A stretch of 64,000 nucleotides of DNA from the human T2T-CHM13v2.0 reference genome, Homo sapiens: NCBI GenBank assembly GCA_009914755.4, contig CP068257.2, positions 31,136,001-31,200,000 of the forward strand, given 5' to 3'. Under the pieces are notes generated by a model. It worked only from the letters and a program-made list of their open reading frames with translations. It had not been told where the DNA came from and made no database searches. This document shows positions 15,175 to 28,493 of the stretch, piece by piece. The first letter of the stretch is position 1, and each line of letters begins with the position of its first letter. A program made the position numbers and the translations under genes.

Positions 15175-15400
15175 ATAGTAGGTGTATGTGTTTGCGGGGT
15201 ACATGAGATGTTTTGATACAGGTATGCAATGTGATCATGGAGACACATGGGGTATCCATTCCCACAAGCATTTATCATTTGTGTTACAAACAATCCAATT
15301 ACACTCTTTTAGTTATTTTAAAATGTACAATTCAGTTATTGGCTATGGTCACCCCTGGTAAGTTTAATCACTCAGTTATGGACCTTTCTCCATTGTAAAG
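15175..15400 (+). mobile_element. L1 fragment (older primate L1, short internal piece)
   Basis: gtttgcggggtacatgagatgttttgatacaggtatgcaatgtgatcatggagacacatggggtatccattcccacaagcatttatcatttgtgttacaaacaatccaattacactcttttagttattttaaaatgtacaat matches a stretch I recognise from L1 consensus sequences. Confidence 0.45.
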
Positions 15401-16055
15401 GTCCTACTTGTAGTTAATAAGTAATCTGTGGAATGATGATAATTTTAGACTGTGTAAATATTCCTCAGAATTTCAACCAATCATTTTAGCATCCATTAAT
15501 GATTCTTTTCAGAATTCATGATTACTATAGCATTTGCAAAATGGTAATTTGGTATTACTCTCTATTACTCCTTCTAAATTTATTAGTTGCCAATGTTCTG
15601 TAAATCAGACTTTCTCTTCTTCTTTCCCACTTTTTATTTTTTTACTTTTTTTAGTGACAGTACAGACTCATGGAGTCTTTTTCAAATCAATATGCTAAAA
15701 TCCATTTCTGTAATTGATCGTTTTGATGTTCATATTGTCCCTAATTTGGCCAGTAGAACTGTCTGCGATGGGTTCTGCATTCTCTTGCTACATCTCCATC
15801 AACTTTTTGACCTTATCTTACTTTCTGTCACAGTAAGATGTTTCAAGCTCACTTTATGTTTTTGTTTCTCCAGACCCCTGGAATCAGCCATTTCTTCAAA
15901 ACCCTATTTTTTGTTTGTTTGTTTGTTTTAATGGGGAATGGTGTTGAGAAACCACAATTTAGGTGTCAGGTGTGTTCTTTGCCACAGGGGTGTCATTGCT
16001 TCTAGGCTTTCTCAGAGGATAAAGCTAAGACATATGTCTTAAAAAGCATGAGTTT

Positions 16056-16416
<361 letters not shown>

Positions 16417-17234
16417 TCATATTTCCTACCATTACAACTCTGGATGGACCTCCAAAAATTTGAGTGTATTTACTCTTTTGCACAATCCTACAAAGTGGTT
16501 TTAGAATTGTTGTACCAATATTATCACCACCAACAAGCCTACTAAAGTTTATAATTTCTTTGCATTTTTAAAAACTAACAGTGTTTTATTTCTTTCATAA
16601 AAAATCTTAAATGTGGCAAAATGTTCATATTTGTCAATTCTGGATGATAATTACATGAGTGTTAGTCATATTATTCATTCTTTTCTTTTTAAAAAATTCT
16701 TATTGAAGTATAGAATGCATACAGAAAAGTGCATTTATTGTACATGAAGAGCTAAATGAATTTTTACTAACTGGCATATGTGTATGTGTGTGTGTGGGGT
16801 GCTTCTCTATGTAGATATACAAAAATATAAATGTTGTTTTCTAGCTTGTGTAAATTTTAAGACACATTCCTAAATTGTACTTCAAAGTGACTGTACCAGT
16901 TTATTCTCTTAAATAGAGACTATTTGCCTACAGGCATGACAAAATGGAATATCAAATAACTTTACTTTTTGCCAATCTAGTGGATGAAATATTAGTTTCC
17001 TGTTGCATTTCTCTGGGTAGAGGTAATTTTTTTGTTGTTCAGTTATTGGCTACTTGTTTTCATCTTAAAGTGAATTGCATGCTTATTTCATCGTTTTTCT
17101 ATTAGATTGTTAGTCTCTTTGTTTTCTACTTTAATACTATCTAATTTAACATTATGAGATTTGTCTTGGGGTAAGACTGTAACTTTAAGCAGTAAGCACT
17201 TGTTCCAGCATCATTTGTTTATTTATGTAAAAAT

Positions 17235-17569
<335 letters not shown>

Positions 17570-18194
17570 CTATTATGAAAGTGATTTTGTGTGTTTTAAA
17601 TTTTATTTGTATAAACTTATGGGGCATAAGTGCAATTTTGTTACATGGATATATTACATAATGGTGAAGTCAGGGTTTTTCGTGTGTCCATCACTGGAAT
17701 AATGTACCTTGTGTCCATTAAGTAATTTCTCATCATCTACTCCCTGCTCTTTCAAGTCTTGATTATATGTTTATTCAAAAAATAAATATATCTCCCAGTA
17801 AATAAATATTTCTCCCAGATAGGTAGAAAATAAGAATTGCCCCCATACCATCACCACATATGATACTGTTTTTAGTGTGCGTCCTAGTCTGTTTTTTATT
17901 TTTTGTTGTTGTTTTGTGTGTGTGTGCTTCTAACACCCTCAATTGACTTAATTTCCCTTTCCATTTTTTTTAATGATTTTACTATTAGCAAGTACTTTTT
18001 TTTTTTTTTTTAGTTTAGGATCTGTCTTTGAGGCATCCTTCCTGCTGTATTTGTCTATCTATGGTGCCATTTATATTGTCTTACAATTGTCTTTAGGAGA
18101 AATGTACTCTCTGTAGAGCCAGCTCTCCCTCATTGCTTTCCTAGAGTCTGGGTAGGATAAACATGACCTTGTGCAACATTTTGAGTTGTGACTC

Positions 18195-18555
18195 TGTATT
18201 AGTTTGTTCTCACACTGCTAATAAAGACACACATGAGACTGGGTAATGTATAAAGGAAAGAGGTTTAATTGACTCACAGTTCCACATGGCTGAGGAGGCA
18301 TCACAATCATGGCTGAAGGTGAATGAGGAGCAAAGTCACGTCTTATATGGTGGCAGGCAAGAGTGTGTGTGCAGGGGAACTCCCCTTAATAAAACCATCA
18401 GATCTTATAAGAACTCACTATCATGAGAACAGCATGGGAAAGACCCACTCCCATGATTCAATTACCTCTCACCAGGTACCTCCCACAACCTGTGGGAATT
18501 GTGGGAGCTACAATTCAAGATGAGATTTGGGTGTGGCACAGCCAAACCATATCAG
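18195..18555 (-). mobile_element. THE1-type MaLR solo LTR
   Basis: The + strand is the reverse complement of a THE1 LTR: tgtattagtttgttctcacactgctaataaagacacacatgagactgggtaatgtataaaggaaagaggtttaattgactcacagttccacatggctgaggaggcatcacaatcatggc ... ggcacagccaaaccatatcag. Confidence 0.8.
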
Positions 18556-19901
18556 ACTCTGTTAAATGAAAAAGCCTCCGTACATCATTATTCTTGTAAC
18601 AAATCACATCCAATTTACAAGTGTTCTGTAAATTCTGGAGAAACAGAGGCCCTGAAGTTATTCGTGAGCAAGTCTGGGAAATGGAAATGGAGGTTCCAAT
18701 TCCTGTTTTTACTAATTTAATGTGTATAAAATGTTATCTATATCTTTTCTTCATTCCTTTGTTCCTTCCTTTCTTTTGAGGGACTTTCATAGGTTCATTC
18801 AAGAGTTTTAACCCCTAACTCATTTTTCTCACAAGGCCTTAAATTCCACAACCTCATCATCTACCACCTTTGGTGCTTTCAGAATCATGACTCTCAATGT
18901 TGAAGAATGGGCTACTGCATGGAAGGTGGGTGCAAACCCCTAAAATTTCCACCCCTGGTTCTGGAAAGTGAGAAATTGGGGATTTCAATACTGCAAGCCA
19001 TCCTTCACATTCTAAACTCATTGTCTTTACTTAGTTCCGTCAGCATTTCTTTCTTCCAGTCAGTGGGGTATTGGCATGGACTTGTACTGGCTCATAAGAG
19101 CTGATTGGTAAGTTTTCAGGAATTTGCAAGCTGGTTGTTAAGCACAGTCATTATTGAAAGCAAATTATGTAAACTTACAATTAAATAAATTATATCAAAA
19201 CCAAAAATAATAAATACTCAGAACTTATCACTTCCTAATTATTTTACTTCACTTTACTATTATTCATGCTTTTGGGGTTAGTTGTGCCTGTTGTATAGGT
19301 AGGGTGGAAATACTATATAATGCTGCCCTATTGTATGTCTTTTCTCAACTCCATGTTCTCTTGGTAGCATGAAATTGGGTTATGGTGGCAGTATTTACAC
19401 CACTACATATCAGAGTGTGATTTATGATTTTGTTGAGTGTGATGGAGAAAATGTTAACGATGCAGATTAAACTTAAAAGTGTGTCATGTCCATAGCCCTT
19501 ACATTGTGAATAGTCCCCATACATGAGAAAATATTCCTCCAGTATTTGAAAACTATTATTTGATTCAGCAAAGAAGTTGCTTTCATCACTGACTAGCAAG
19601 TGACATTCTCACATATATCTTTGTTGTTTAACTTTCCTCTTACTTCTAACATAAATGAAAATCTCAACCAATATTTATACCAAAACTATACATGCTCATC
19701 AGTTGCAACCCTAGGTTGGCTTTGTGTACAAGAGTTTGGCAAAAATCAAAGCATTCTTTGAGAACTAATGATGTACAAAGAGTATATAATAAAGAGTAAT
19801 CTATAGTTTATTATCATTTGTAAATTGTGTGCTACACATTCTTTACATCCGTAAAATTGAAATAAACTATGTACATACATATCTGCGTACTTTTTTGAAG
19901 A

Positions 19902-20967
19902 CTAAAGTGAAAGCAAGTTTATTAAGAAAGTAAAGGAATAAAAGAATGGCTACTCCATAGGCAGGGCAGCCCTGAGGGCTGCTGGTTGCCCATTTTTATG
20001 GTTATTTCTTGGTTATATGCTAAACAAGGGATGGGTTATTCATGAGTTTTCCGGAAATGGGTAGGGGGTGGGCAATTCCCAGAGCTGAGGATTCCTCCCC
20101 TTTCTAGACCATGTTGCCATGGCATTTGTAAACTGTCATGGCGCTGGTTGGAGTGTAGCAGTGAGGACGACCAGAGTTCACTTTCATCTCTATCTTGCTT
20201 TGGGTGGGTTATGGCTTCTTTACTGCAACCTGTTTTATCAGCAAGGTCTTTATGTCCTGCATTTTGTGCTGACCTCCTATCTTATCCTGTAACTAAGAAT
20301 GCCTAACCTGCTGGGAATGCAGGCCAGCAGGCCTCAGCCTTATTTTACCCAGCCTCTAAACAAGATGGAGTCGCTCTGGTTTAAACGCCTCTGACATTTC
20401 CCCGCTCCCTTTTATAAGAGAACCCTTAATCCTAAGGGTCATAGAGAGATGAAGGTCCATCTTTTGTAACTTCTGGAGGCTGAATGAGGTGATGATATTC
20501 CTGCCTATCTATTAGGGTCTCAGATCCAGGGTAGAGAGGAGTTCAGTCAGAGAAAGTCCGTATGGTGAGGGCCATTCATAACTCTGACTAAAAGTGATAT
20601 AACTAGTTTCCAGATTTTGGAGAAATTAGATAGAGAGAAACAAGCATGCTTCAAATTTTGTTCACAGGAGCGTAATTTATGCAATTGTTGAAAGCTGTCA
20701 ATAGCTCAAAAGAAAGGTTTCCTTGACTCCAAAGTCAGCCAATCAGTGTTGGTCTATTTCCTTTGGGTCAGGGGTCTCCTTAGTATCATCCCTTTGTGGT
20801 TGCCATAAAGATGTTACCAGAAAGGGGTCCTAAACCAGACCCCAAAGAGGGTTCTTGGATCTCACATAAGAAAGAATTCAAGGCGAGTCCGTAGAGTAAA
20901 GTGAAAGCAAGTTTATTAACAAAGTAAAGGAATAAAAGCATGGCTACTGCATAGGCAGAGCAGCCCA
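19902..20967. repeat. ~1-kb unit bounded by 70-bp direct repeats with 66/70 matching (19902-19972 and 20897-20967). It is either a 1.07-copy tandem duplication or an LTR-like structure; the family is not identified.
   Basis: taaagtgaaagcaagtttattaaGaaagtaaaggaataaaagAatggctactCcataggcagGgcagccc versus taaagtgaaagcaagtttattaaCaaagtaaaggaataaaagCatggctactGcataggcagAgcagccc. Weaker similarity continues through gctgctggtt. Confidence 0.6.
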
Positions 20968-22125
20968 CCTCCCTTTTTTGTTGGAGAGCTGCTGGTTAAA
21001 CTTTTGTTAGCACACCACTGGCCAGAGGCAATAAGCTACTAGCCCCAGGCCAGATGGCTACCATTAACATAGTTTGTTTGACCCACATGATATTATTTAA
21101 AACAAACAAACAAAAAAGCTGAATGGCAAGCCGACATTTACAAATTGTGAGAATTCACATAACAACCTGGAATTCCTCATTCTCTGAAGGATCAGATCTG
21201 GCCCCATCAGATTTTCCCATGGCAACACTCAGTTGGAGCTGAGCCACTGTAGAGCTTCAGGTGGGGCATGCACCCTTACTTAACCACCATCCCACCACTC
21301 CCTGTTGTCCCCCAAACCCTGCAGCTAAGTGCCAAATGCCATTAATCCCCATGCCTGCACTGTGGATTTTCTCTGCCCATTCTTCATCCCACAGCAGCAC
21401 AAACTGAACCATATTTTTAGTCCAGAAATCTGAAACCTCAGGCTTGATTTATAACTAAATTAGCTTTCCTTTTCTGTTGGTTTAAGTCCCATTAACTCAC
21501 AAGTATTTCTCAAAAGACTTACTTAAAACATATGTGAAAGGGCTTTGAAACTATTAAAAGCTACCAAATGGAAGATATTTATAGGAGGCATATACTTTCT
21601 ATCATCATTTAATTTTATACTTTATTAATAAAAATTATTAAAATTCAATTTGTTATATTTTCAGTAACTAATGACAATGAATATATTACTAATCTTTTCA
21701 CTTGTCTTTTCTTGCTTTCCTTTTTCCTCCTTTTTCCCCTTTTCCTTATTTTTTCTTTCACTTTAACATTATCTGCAGTACAATGTCAGTAATGAGGTCA
21801 CATTTTTCTATTAAAATTCATACTTTGGTCTTTGTTTTGGCCTAATTTAAACACTGACATGGGCTCATGCTAATTAGCCTGAATGGCTAAATCCCCCACC
21901 AATTAAGCAAATGTAGAAATTGCAGATTATTTCAGTTACTCTATGTTAAGGTTAAGTGAAAAAAAAAAAAAAGTGATGTATGTGATCTAAAGTCATCAAC
22001 CCCAGGATATCCTGTTAAGTCATGGACTATTTCTTATCATTATGGTATCATGAATGCAATAATGTTTCAAATTCATTCCACTCCAGGTTTAGACATTTGT
22101 ATCACAATTGCAGTGGATTCTTTTT

Positions 22126-22390
<265 letters not shown>

Positions 22391-23130
22391 CCATGGATTC
22401 TTTACAGTCCACTTTAATGGCAAGTTGCGTCTCTATGAGGGAAAATTTTCTTTGTACAATAATGAATCCATTTAATTTTTTCAAAAGTATGTTGCTTTGG
22501 TTCCTTTTATCAGCACACATAAAATCATTTTGTGTTAACCGTGTCATATAAAATGCCTTCACTTTGCAATCTTAACCTTCCAAATGGATTGAGCCTTAGA
22601 TGTTTTTTTGTTAATTATCTGTTAATAATTTGAGCACTTTTAACAATAGAAATAATGTTGTAAGTGGTGAGTAAATTCCCAGGCTAGCCCCTAATGTAGT
22701 TAAACATAGCTTGAATGGTATTCATCTAAGTTCTGATTTTTGGAGCAAGAGGAAAAGGAGTAGGAGAAAGAAGATGAAAATGAGAAGAGAAATTGGTGAA
22801 ATGGTATAGCAGGGGCAAAGACAGACCATGCAAAGAAAGAAAAGGAAAAGAATGTGAAAGGCTAGAAGTGAAGAACTTTCCTTGCAGTTAGGCTGTGCTC
22901 TAAGCAAAATTTTGAGATAGATGCAAATGTGTTTTGTGTCCTCCAATTTTCACTGCTGCATCCCTCTCTCTGGAACACTGGTCCCCCCATTTGATCCTAA
23001 GGTCTTACCCTATCCATGCCTGTGGTACCTCCACCCCAACAAACACAGTCTCCAACCTCTTATTTCTTGGTGCATCTATTCTTAGCAAGGTATTTAGAAA
23101 AGATCAGTTTAAGAGAACCTAATCATTTTA

Positions 23131-23480
23131 TTATTATTATTTTTTTTTTTTTTGAGATGGAGTTTCGCTCTTGTTGCCCAGGCTGGAGTGCAATGGTGTG
23201 ATCTCTGACTCTGTCACCCAGGCTGGAGTGTAGAGTGCAGTGGCACGATTTTGGCTCACTGCAACCTCCGCCTCCCAGGTTCAAGCGATTCTCCTGCTCA
23301 GCCTCCGAGTAGCTGGGATTACAGGCATGTGCCACCATGCCCGGCTAATTTTGTATTTTTAGTAGAGATGGGGTTTCTCCATGTTGGTCAGGCTGGTCTT
23401 GAACTCCCGACCTCAGGTGATCCGCCCGCCTCGGCCTCCCAAAGTGCTGGGATTACAGGTGTGAGCCACTGTGCCCGACC
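23131..23480 (-). mobile_element. Alu with a ~35-bp internal duplication; TSD cattttat[t/a]a
   Basis: T-run followed by gagatggagtttcgctcttgttgcccaggctggagtgcaatggtgtgatctctgactctgtcacccaggctggagtgtagagtgcagtggcacgatttt ... gtgagccactgtgcccgacc. Confidence 0.9.
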
Positions 23481-23985
23481 ATTTTATAAAACTCATAGTC
23501 CCCAAACCTCTGAAATTGATTATTCTCTACTTAGGGGAATTCCAAGCAATTTCACAAAATGAAACAGAAAAAAATTAAGGCAGTATTTTGAAAGAAGATA
23601 TGTTTCTTGGGGGTCACCTTCTAGGAGGAGCTCCACTAAGCAGTCTCTAGGGTGTATTGCTTTCTCCATTTCTGACGGGACATTTCCCTGCAGGCTTCTA
23701 GTTGCAGAGACCAAGCCTAGCTGGCTCCCAAGACATGTCCCTGGACGGAATCAAGTTGGTTTTTTGGTTTCTTTTTCTTTTGTTTTTCAAAAGTGTTCTC
23801 GCAGTTGGGCACAGAGCAGAACAGAGAGCTGGTTATTGGTATGTGTGGCTGTGTTGCAAATGGAGCCTGCGGAGAGAGGCACAGTTGTGGGTAGGGATAC
23901 CTATCTCACGGCCTTATTTCCAGATTCCTTCTGCAAATTATTCATCATTTGCCAAAGTTCCAGGCAGCTGGACACAGTTATTATG

Positions 23986-24645
23986 CTAGTAAATAAATGT
24001 GACAACATAGCTTTTGTTGCTTGGCATTGGGAAGGTTCTAAAGTAAGAAAAGTCAGGAAAGTTGTTGGCAATGCTGGTAACGTTTTCAATACTATATGAT
24101 TTTAAGGCTGAGTCCCTGTTGAAAAGAGCCATATCTAAGAATGAGATATACATACATGGCTGCCAGCCTTTGTGTAACCACATGGGCTTCTCTCTGGAGT
24201 CACTGTCCCCACCGCTATGGATGAGTAAGCTCTGCTCTGGGAAGGGATGCTTGGCCTCCATGTTGATGCGCAGCCTCTTCAGACCACAAATAGCCAGGTA
24301 TTCAGTGGGGAGAGTGTTGGTGCTGCACAGGGAAAGCTTCAGGTCTTGGACCAGCGTGAAGTTCAGCAGGTGGCCCAGCGCAGATGTGTCCGTGAACCAG
24401 ATGGTCAGATGGCCATTGTAGCTGGTTCGCTCTACTGCAAGGGGCAGGACGGTTTTACAGTTGCACATCAGGTTGGCCAAACTGTAGTCACAATCCCGGA
24501 TGTCCGCAGAACAGCTGCAGTTCCGAATGGTGTTTTCCCTTGTGAAGATGAGCGTGCTGTTCTTCTGACCTTTGGTGAAGCAGTTAAGTGCAAAGACACC
24601 CAGAGTGCTGATCAGAAGAAGACAGTGCCTGGAAGGTGGTGCCAT
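23986..24645 (-). CDS. C21orf62: C21orf62 (EURL) complete 219-aa CDS. The coordinates include the TAG stop, and the whole CDS lies in a single (last) exon. A splice acceptor (ttttctttcag|G) sits 64 nt upstream of the ATG, so the exon begins at 24709. The 3'UTR continues toward lower coordinates.
   Basis: The ORF is [45 protein letters not shown]...SYVVTFIY*. Its Kozak context is caagcATGg. It has an N-terminal hydrophobic signal-like segment and five N-x-S/T sequons. I recognise this sequence as C21orf62, which agrees with the PAXBP1 exon 1 lying 22 kb away on the same strand, the known chr21 gene order. Confidence 0.8.
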   Translation of the reverse strand: MAPPSRHCLLLISTLGVFALNCFTKGQKNSTLIFTRENTIRNCSCSADIRDCDYSLANLMCNCKTVLPLAVERTSYNGHLTIWFTDTSALGHLLNFTLVQDLKLSLCSTNTLPTEYLAICGLKRLRINMEAKHPFPEQSLLIHSGGDSDSREKPMWLHKGWQPCMYISFLDMALFNRDSALKSYSIENVTSIANNFPDFSYFRTFPMPSNKSYVVTFIY

Positions 24646-26151
24646 GCTTGCCCAGCATGGGCCAGCGTGTTTATCCCCCCTCTTTTTGAACCAATTTGTT
24701 GGAACTCACCTGAAAGAAAAGAGGCAGCTTTATCACAACCTTTCATTTGAAATACACAGCTTATGGAAAAGGAACCCCAGAAAAAAACAAGTTGTAAACA
24801 TTTCTTTCTTGCAGTTCTAGTAACTGTTTCCTGAGCCACAGGCAATGCTTGCAGCCCAGGCACTGGGCAAGCTCTTTTCTCAGCACCTCATCCAGAGACA
24901 GCAGCCAAACCTTTGAGCTCTGCTCATCTGAGGTGTAAAACTCCCAGTGATGTTGGCTGACAGTGAGACCAACATGCCAACAACACAGCCAGAGCGATGC
25001 CAGAGCGGATGCCAGAGAGGAGACCTACCGCATCCTATCTATGGGCAGGGATTTGGAGTTGAAAGAGCACATTCTCCAAACATCCAATTACTAGCATGAA
25101 GCGCCCAAAAACCCCTGAACATGACATGCTTTCCTCCCCCTCAATATCTGACTTCCTGGAATTCGGGAGACAAACACTTCTTTGTTGGATTCAGCTATCC
25201 AAGCGCTACCTATTACACAACATAGCATGAATACCAATGAAGCATTTAGTTAATGGCAAGCTTTAATTTCTAAGTAGATAAACATGCCTCCCATCCCCAC
25301 CATATTAATCTGTTTGTGAGTCCATTCATCCTGTTCAGGGCCTCTTACAAATGTACCTAGGTAACTGTGGTAATAGACAACAAAAAGACTAATCACCCAC
25401 CGATTAATCACAATTATTTTGACTTAGCTACTCTTATGCCAGAAGAAATTTATGAACTGATCTTGTCAATGTATTGCAGGGCTCCAAAACAAAACCATAT
25501 ATAAGAACTTCTAAAAAATCTAAATAAGGTAGGGATGCATGGGTAATTTAAAGAGCAGCACCAATGTCCAGTTTTGGGTAAAAGCCCTACAGTGTCTGGC
25601 ATATGACAGATGCAGGATCCTCCTTTGTGGTGTGATTGGAATGAGATGAGATGAGCATTATGGCAGAGTGTACCACATTTCAGTTTGGCGAAAGTAATAA
25701 CATTCCCCCAATGACTGAGGAGAGAAACCAAACAATACAATTCAGTCTTCTCCATTTGCTAAGCTCCATGGGTGTGGTGGGATACTTGGCATGCGACCTC
25801 TGAGTGGGAGGGCCCAGAGCTACTGGCAGGGCCACTACACTAAGGGCCAGGGAGCCACAGATGGAAGGGTCAGTCTGAAGAGCTCAACATGTGTCCAAAG
25901 AGTACAGTGACAGCAGGAAAGAGGCTAGGCAGACAAGCAGCAATTAGGGTGTAAGATGAGGCCACAAGGCAATTAGAAATCCAAAGGAATCAAGGCTAAA
26001 AATGCCAGGGATCGGGTAGACAGGCAGGAGGCACAAGCCACAACCCCATGGCTGGGATGCCAGGAGGATAGAAGTAAGCTCTGCCGCGTAAACTTGAACA
26101 GAGGGTGAGACATTGATTCACAGCAACTGTGACTGTATTCATGCATTCATC

Positions 26152-26289
26152 CCTCCCTTCCTTCCTTCCTTCATTTCTTCATTTCTTCCTTCCTTCTTTC
26201 CTTCCTTCCCTCCTTCCCTCCTTCCCTCTTTCCTTCCCTCCTTCCCTCCTTCCTTCCCTCCTTCCTTCCTTCCTTCCTTCCTTCCTTCA
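26152..26289. repeat. (TTCC)n / (CCTT)n polypyrimidine microsatellite (~140 bp, imperfect)
   Basis: ccttccttccttccttcatttcttcatttcttccttccttctttccttccttccctccttccctcc... Confidence 0.95.
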
Positions 26290-27485
26290 ACTAATGCTTA
26301 TTGGAAGATTACTAGGTGGCATGCCCTCTGCTAGCCATGGGGGTACAACTCAGAACAAGACAACCCAGGGCCCAGTCCTCATAGAACTTATGTCCTAACG
26401 AAATTGATTCTGCTTCCAATGGGCTGGGGCGTCATAGCCCAAAGCCAGGCCCGTCCTGCATGTGAGGATGGAGAGGCTATAGCAGTGGGGAGGAGGCGAG
26501 AGGAGGGGGCAAATGCAGGAGTTAGGCAGGGCCCAGCCTGGGCTGTGTGCCAGGCCCTGGCTTAGGCCAAGCAGAAGAAACAAAGATACAAAAGACCTGG
26601 ATCCTATCCTCCAGGATTTATCCTCAAAGGAAAAAGACCAATAAGGCTGAACTGAGAAGCACTGTACTGAACATACAGGCGGCTATGAGAACATAGCAGA
26701 GAGAGAGAGAGATTCGACGCGGGGGACTGGATAAGGCGGTTTAGAGTGCTTTGTATCTATTTTGAAGTTGGCACAGGATTTTCTTAAAGGCTTCTTATTA
26801 AATGTATTAATAGGTACATTTTGTCATGAAAGAAAGAGCTTTGAGAAACGTGGAGAACAAGCGTTCTCCCTGAACAAGAGGCTTAACAGTCTTAAGCAGT
26901 GTTAGAATGTGGGTGTGTCTACCCCCTTAGTGAGGAACGGTGTATAATTTATTAATTACAAGATAATTTTAGACAATCAGCTGTCCCAGATTCCACTGGA
27001 GGCCTCTGGGACTTCGTGTCCCAGTAACCCTGTTATCCCAGAACCAGGAATGCTGTCAATACTGTTGGCCCACCCTGACCCTAGCCTTAAAAGAAAAAAG
27101 AGGGGAGAGGTCTATTCATCAGCCCGAACCTAGTGAGAAAAGTGTCTGCCTCCCTGTTTCAGGTGCTGATCCTTTTAGAGGCAGCCGTGGAAGAGGAAAA
27201 GAGATCAGAAGAGAAAAGGATATTGGTTTGCGGAACATGTGGGACAAGAAGTTCCCAGAAGAATTTGTGAGCAACTTCCCGACAGTAAGGCCCTGGCTAG
27301 ACCTCAGGATGGTCCCTGCCTCCTGGACATTAGGAAGCCCAAAGGCCAGAACAAAAACACATGCCTAGTGGGGGAAGGCTCACTAAGAGGGCACCAAGTG
27401 GGGCAAATACCCCTGGTAACCCATTTATGGAGGCTGCCACAGAAATGCTAGTTGGAAATTTTCCTCCTTCAGTCTATCATGAATT

Positions 27486-27773
27486 TCTTTTTTCTCTTTT
27501 GAGATGAAGTCGCCCGGGCTGCAGTTCAGTGGTGCAATCTCAGCTCACTGCAAGCTCTGCCTCCCAGGTTCCAACGATTGTCTTGTCTCAGCCTCCTGAG
27601 TAGCTGAGATTATAAGCACGCACCATCATACCCGACTAATTTTTGTATTTATAGTAGAAATGGGGTTTTGCCATGTTGGCCAGGCTGGTCTTGAACTCCT
27701 GACCTTAGGGTGATCCACCCATCTTGGCCTCCAAAAGTGCTGGGATTACAGGCATGAGCCACTGCACTCGGCT
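27486..27773 (-). mobile_element. Alu (small deletion near its 3' end)
   Basis: gagatgaagtcgcccgggctgcagttcagtggtgcaatctcagctcactgcaagctctgcctcccagg ... caggcatgagccactgcactcggc. Confidence 0.9.
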
Positions 27774-28276
27774 GTACCGTGATTATTAGTTCAAGGTTCT
27801 CTTTCACTGGGGTAAAGACCTTAAGAGAGCAGTTTTTGGGCTTTATATTCTCAATTTCCCGCACAGTGCCTAGCACATAGCAAGGACTCAACAAATTTCA
27901 TTGAATGAATGAAAAAACATAGTTTACCAAATGTCAGTGTACTCAAACTCTTTTAACTGCTAGCTATAGAAATCCAATTAAGACTCACTTGGGTAAAAAA
28001 AAATAAAAAAATAAACAAAATAAACTGCTCACTTATTTGAAAAATTAAGGAAGGATTTCAGGCATGGCTTGATCCAGCTACTCAAAAAAGGTTGTCAGAA
28101 ATGTCTGTCCGTTCTTCATTTATTCTTTCTCATTTGTGGGCTTTGTTCCCAGATAAGATCACTCCTTCTGGGGACAAGATGGTCACTAGTAGATCCAGGT
28201 TTACTTTCTATCAGCTGAGCAACCTCTCAAGAAAAAATAAATAAATAAATAAACCTCTCTTTAAATAGCACCAGGC

Positions 28277-28493
28277 TGCTGGGTGTGGTGGCTCATACCT
28301 GTAACCCCAGCACTTTGGGAGGCTGAGGTAGGAGGATTGTGGGAAGCCAGGAGTTCAAGACCAGCCCAGCCAACATTGTGAGACATAATCTCTACAAATA
28401 AAATAAATTAGTTGGACATGATGGTGTGCACCTATAGTCCCAGCTACTCGGGAGGCTGAAGCAGAAGGATCACTTGAGTCTGAGAATTCGGTG
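28277..28493 (+). mobile_element. Alu, 5' two-thirds. The element continues at 28809-28900 after a 315-bp interruption.
   Basis: gctgggtgtggtggctcatacctgtaaccccagcactttgggaggctgaggtaggaggattgtgggaagccaggagttcaagaccagcccagccaacattgtgagacataatctctac ... ggaggctgaagcagaaggatcacttgagtc. Confidence 0.85.

Noticed and set aside
15587-15931. 114-aa + strand ORF in repeat-free sequence
   Set aside because: The product is F/L/S-rich low complexity from AT-rich DNA (ttttattttt runs). It has no start context, splice sites or recognisable domain.
24247-24750. 167-aa + strand ORF antisense to the C21orf62 CDS (and a 119-aa one at 24062..24421)
   Set aside because: These are shadow ORFs on the opposite strand of a genuine coding region. 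They have no start context or splice signals, and I do not recognise the product.
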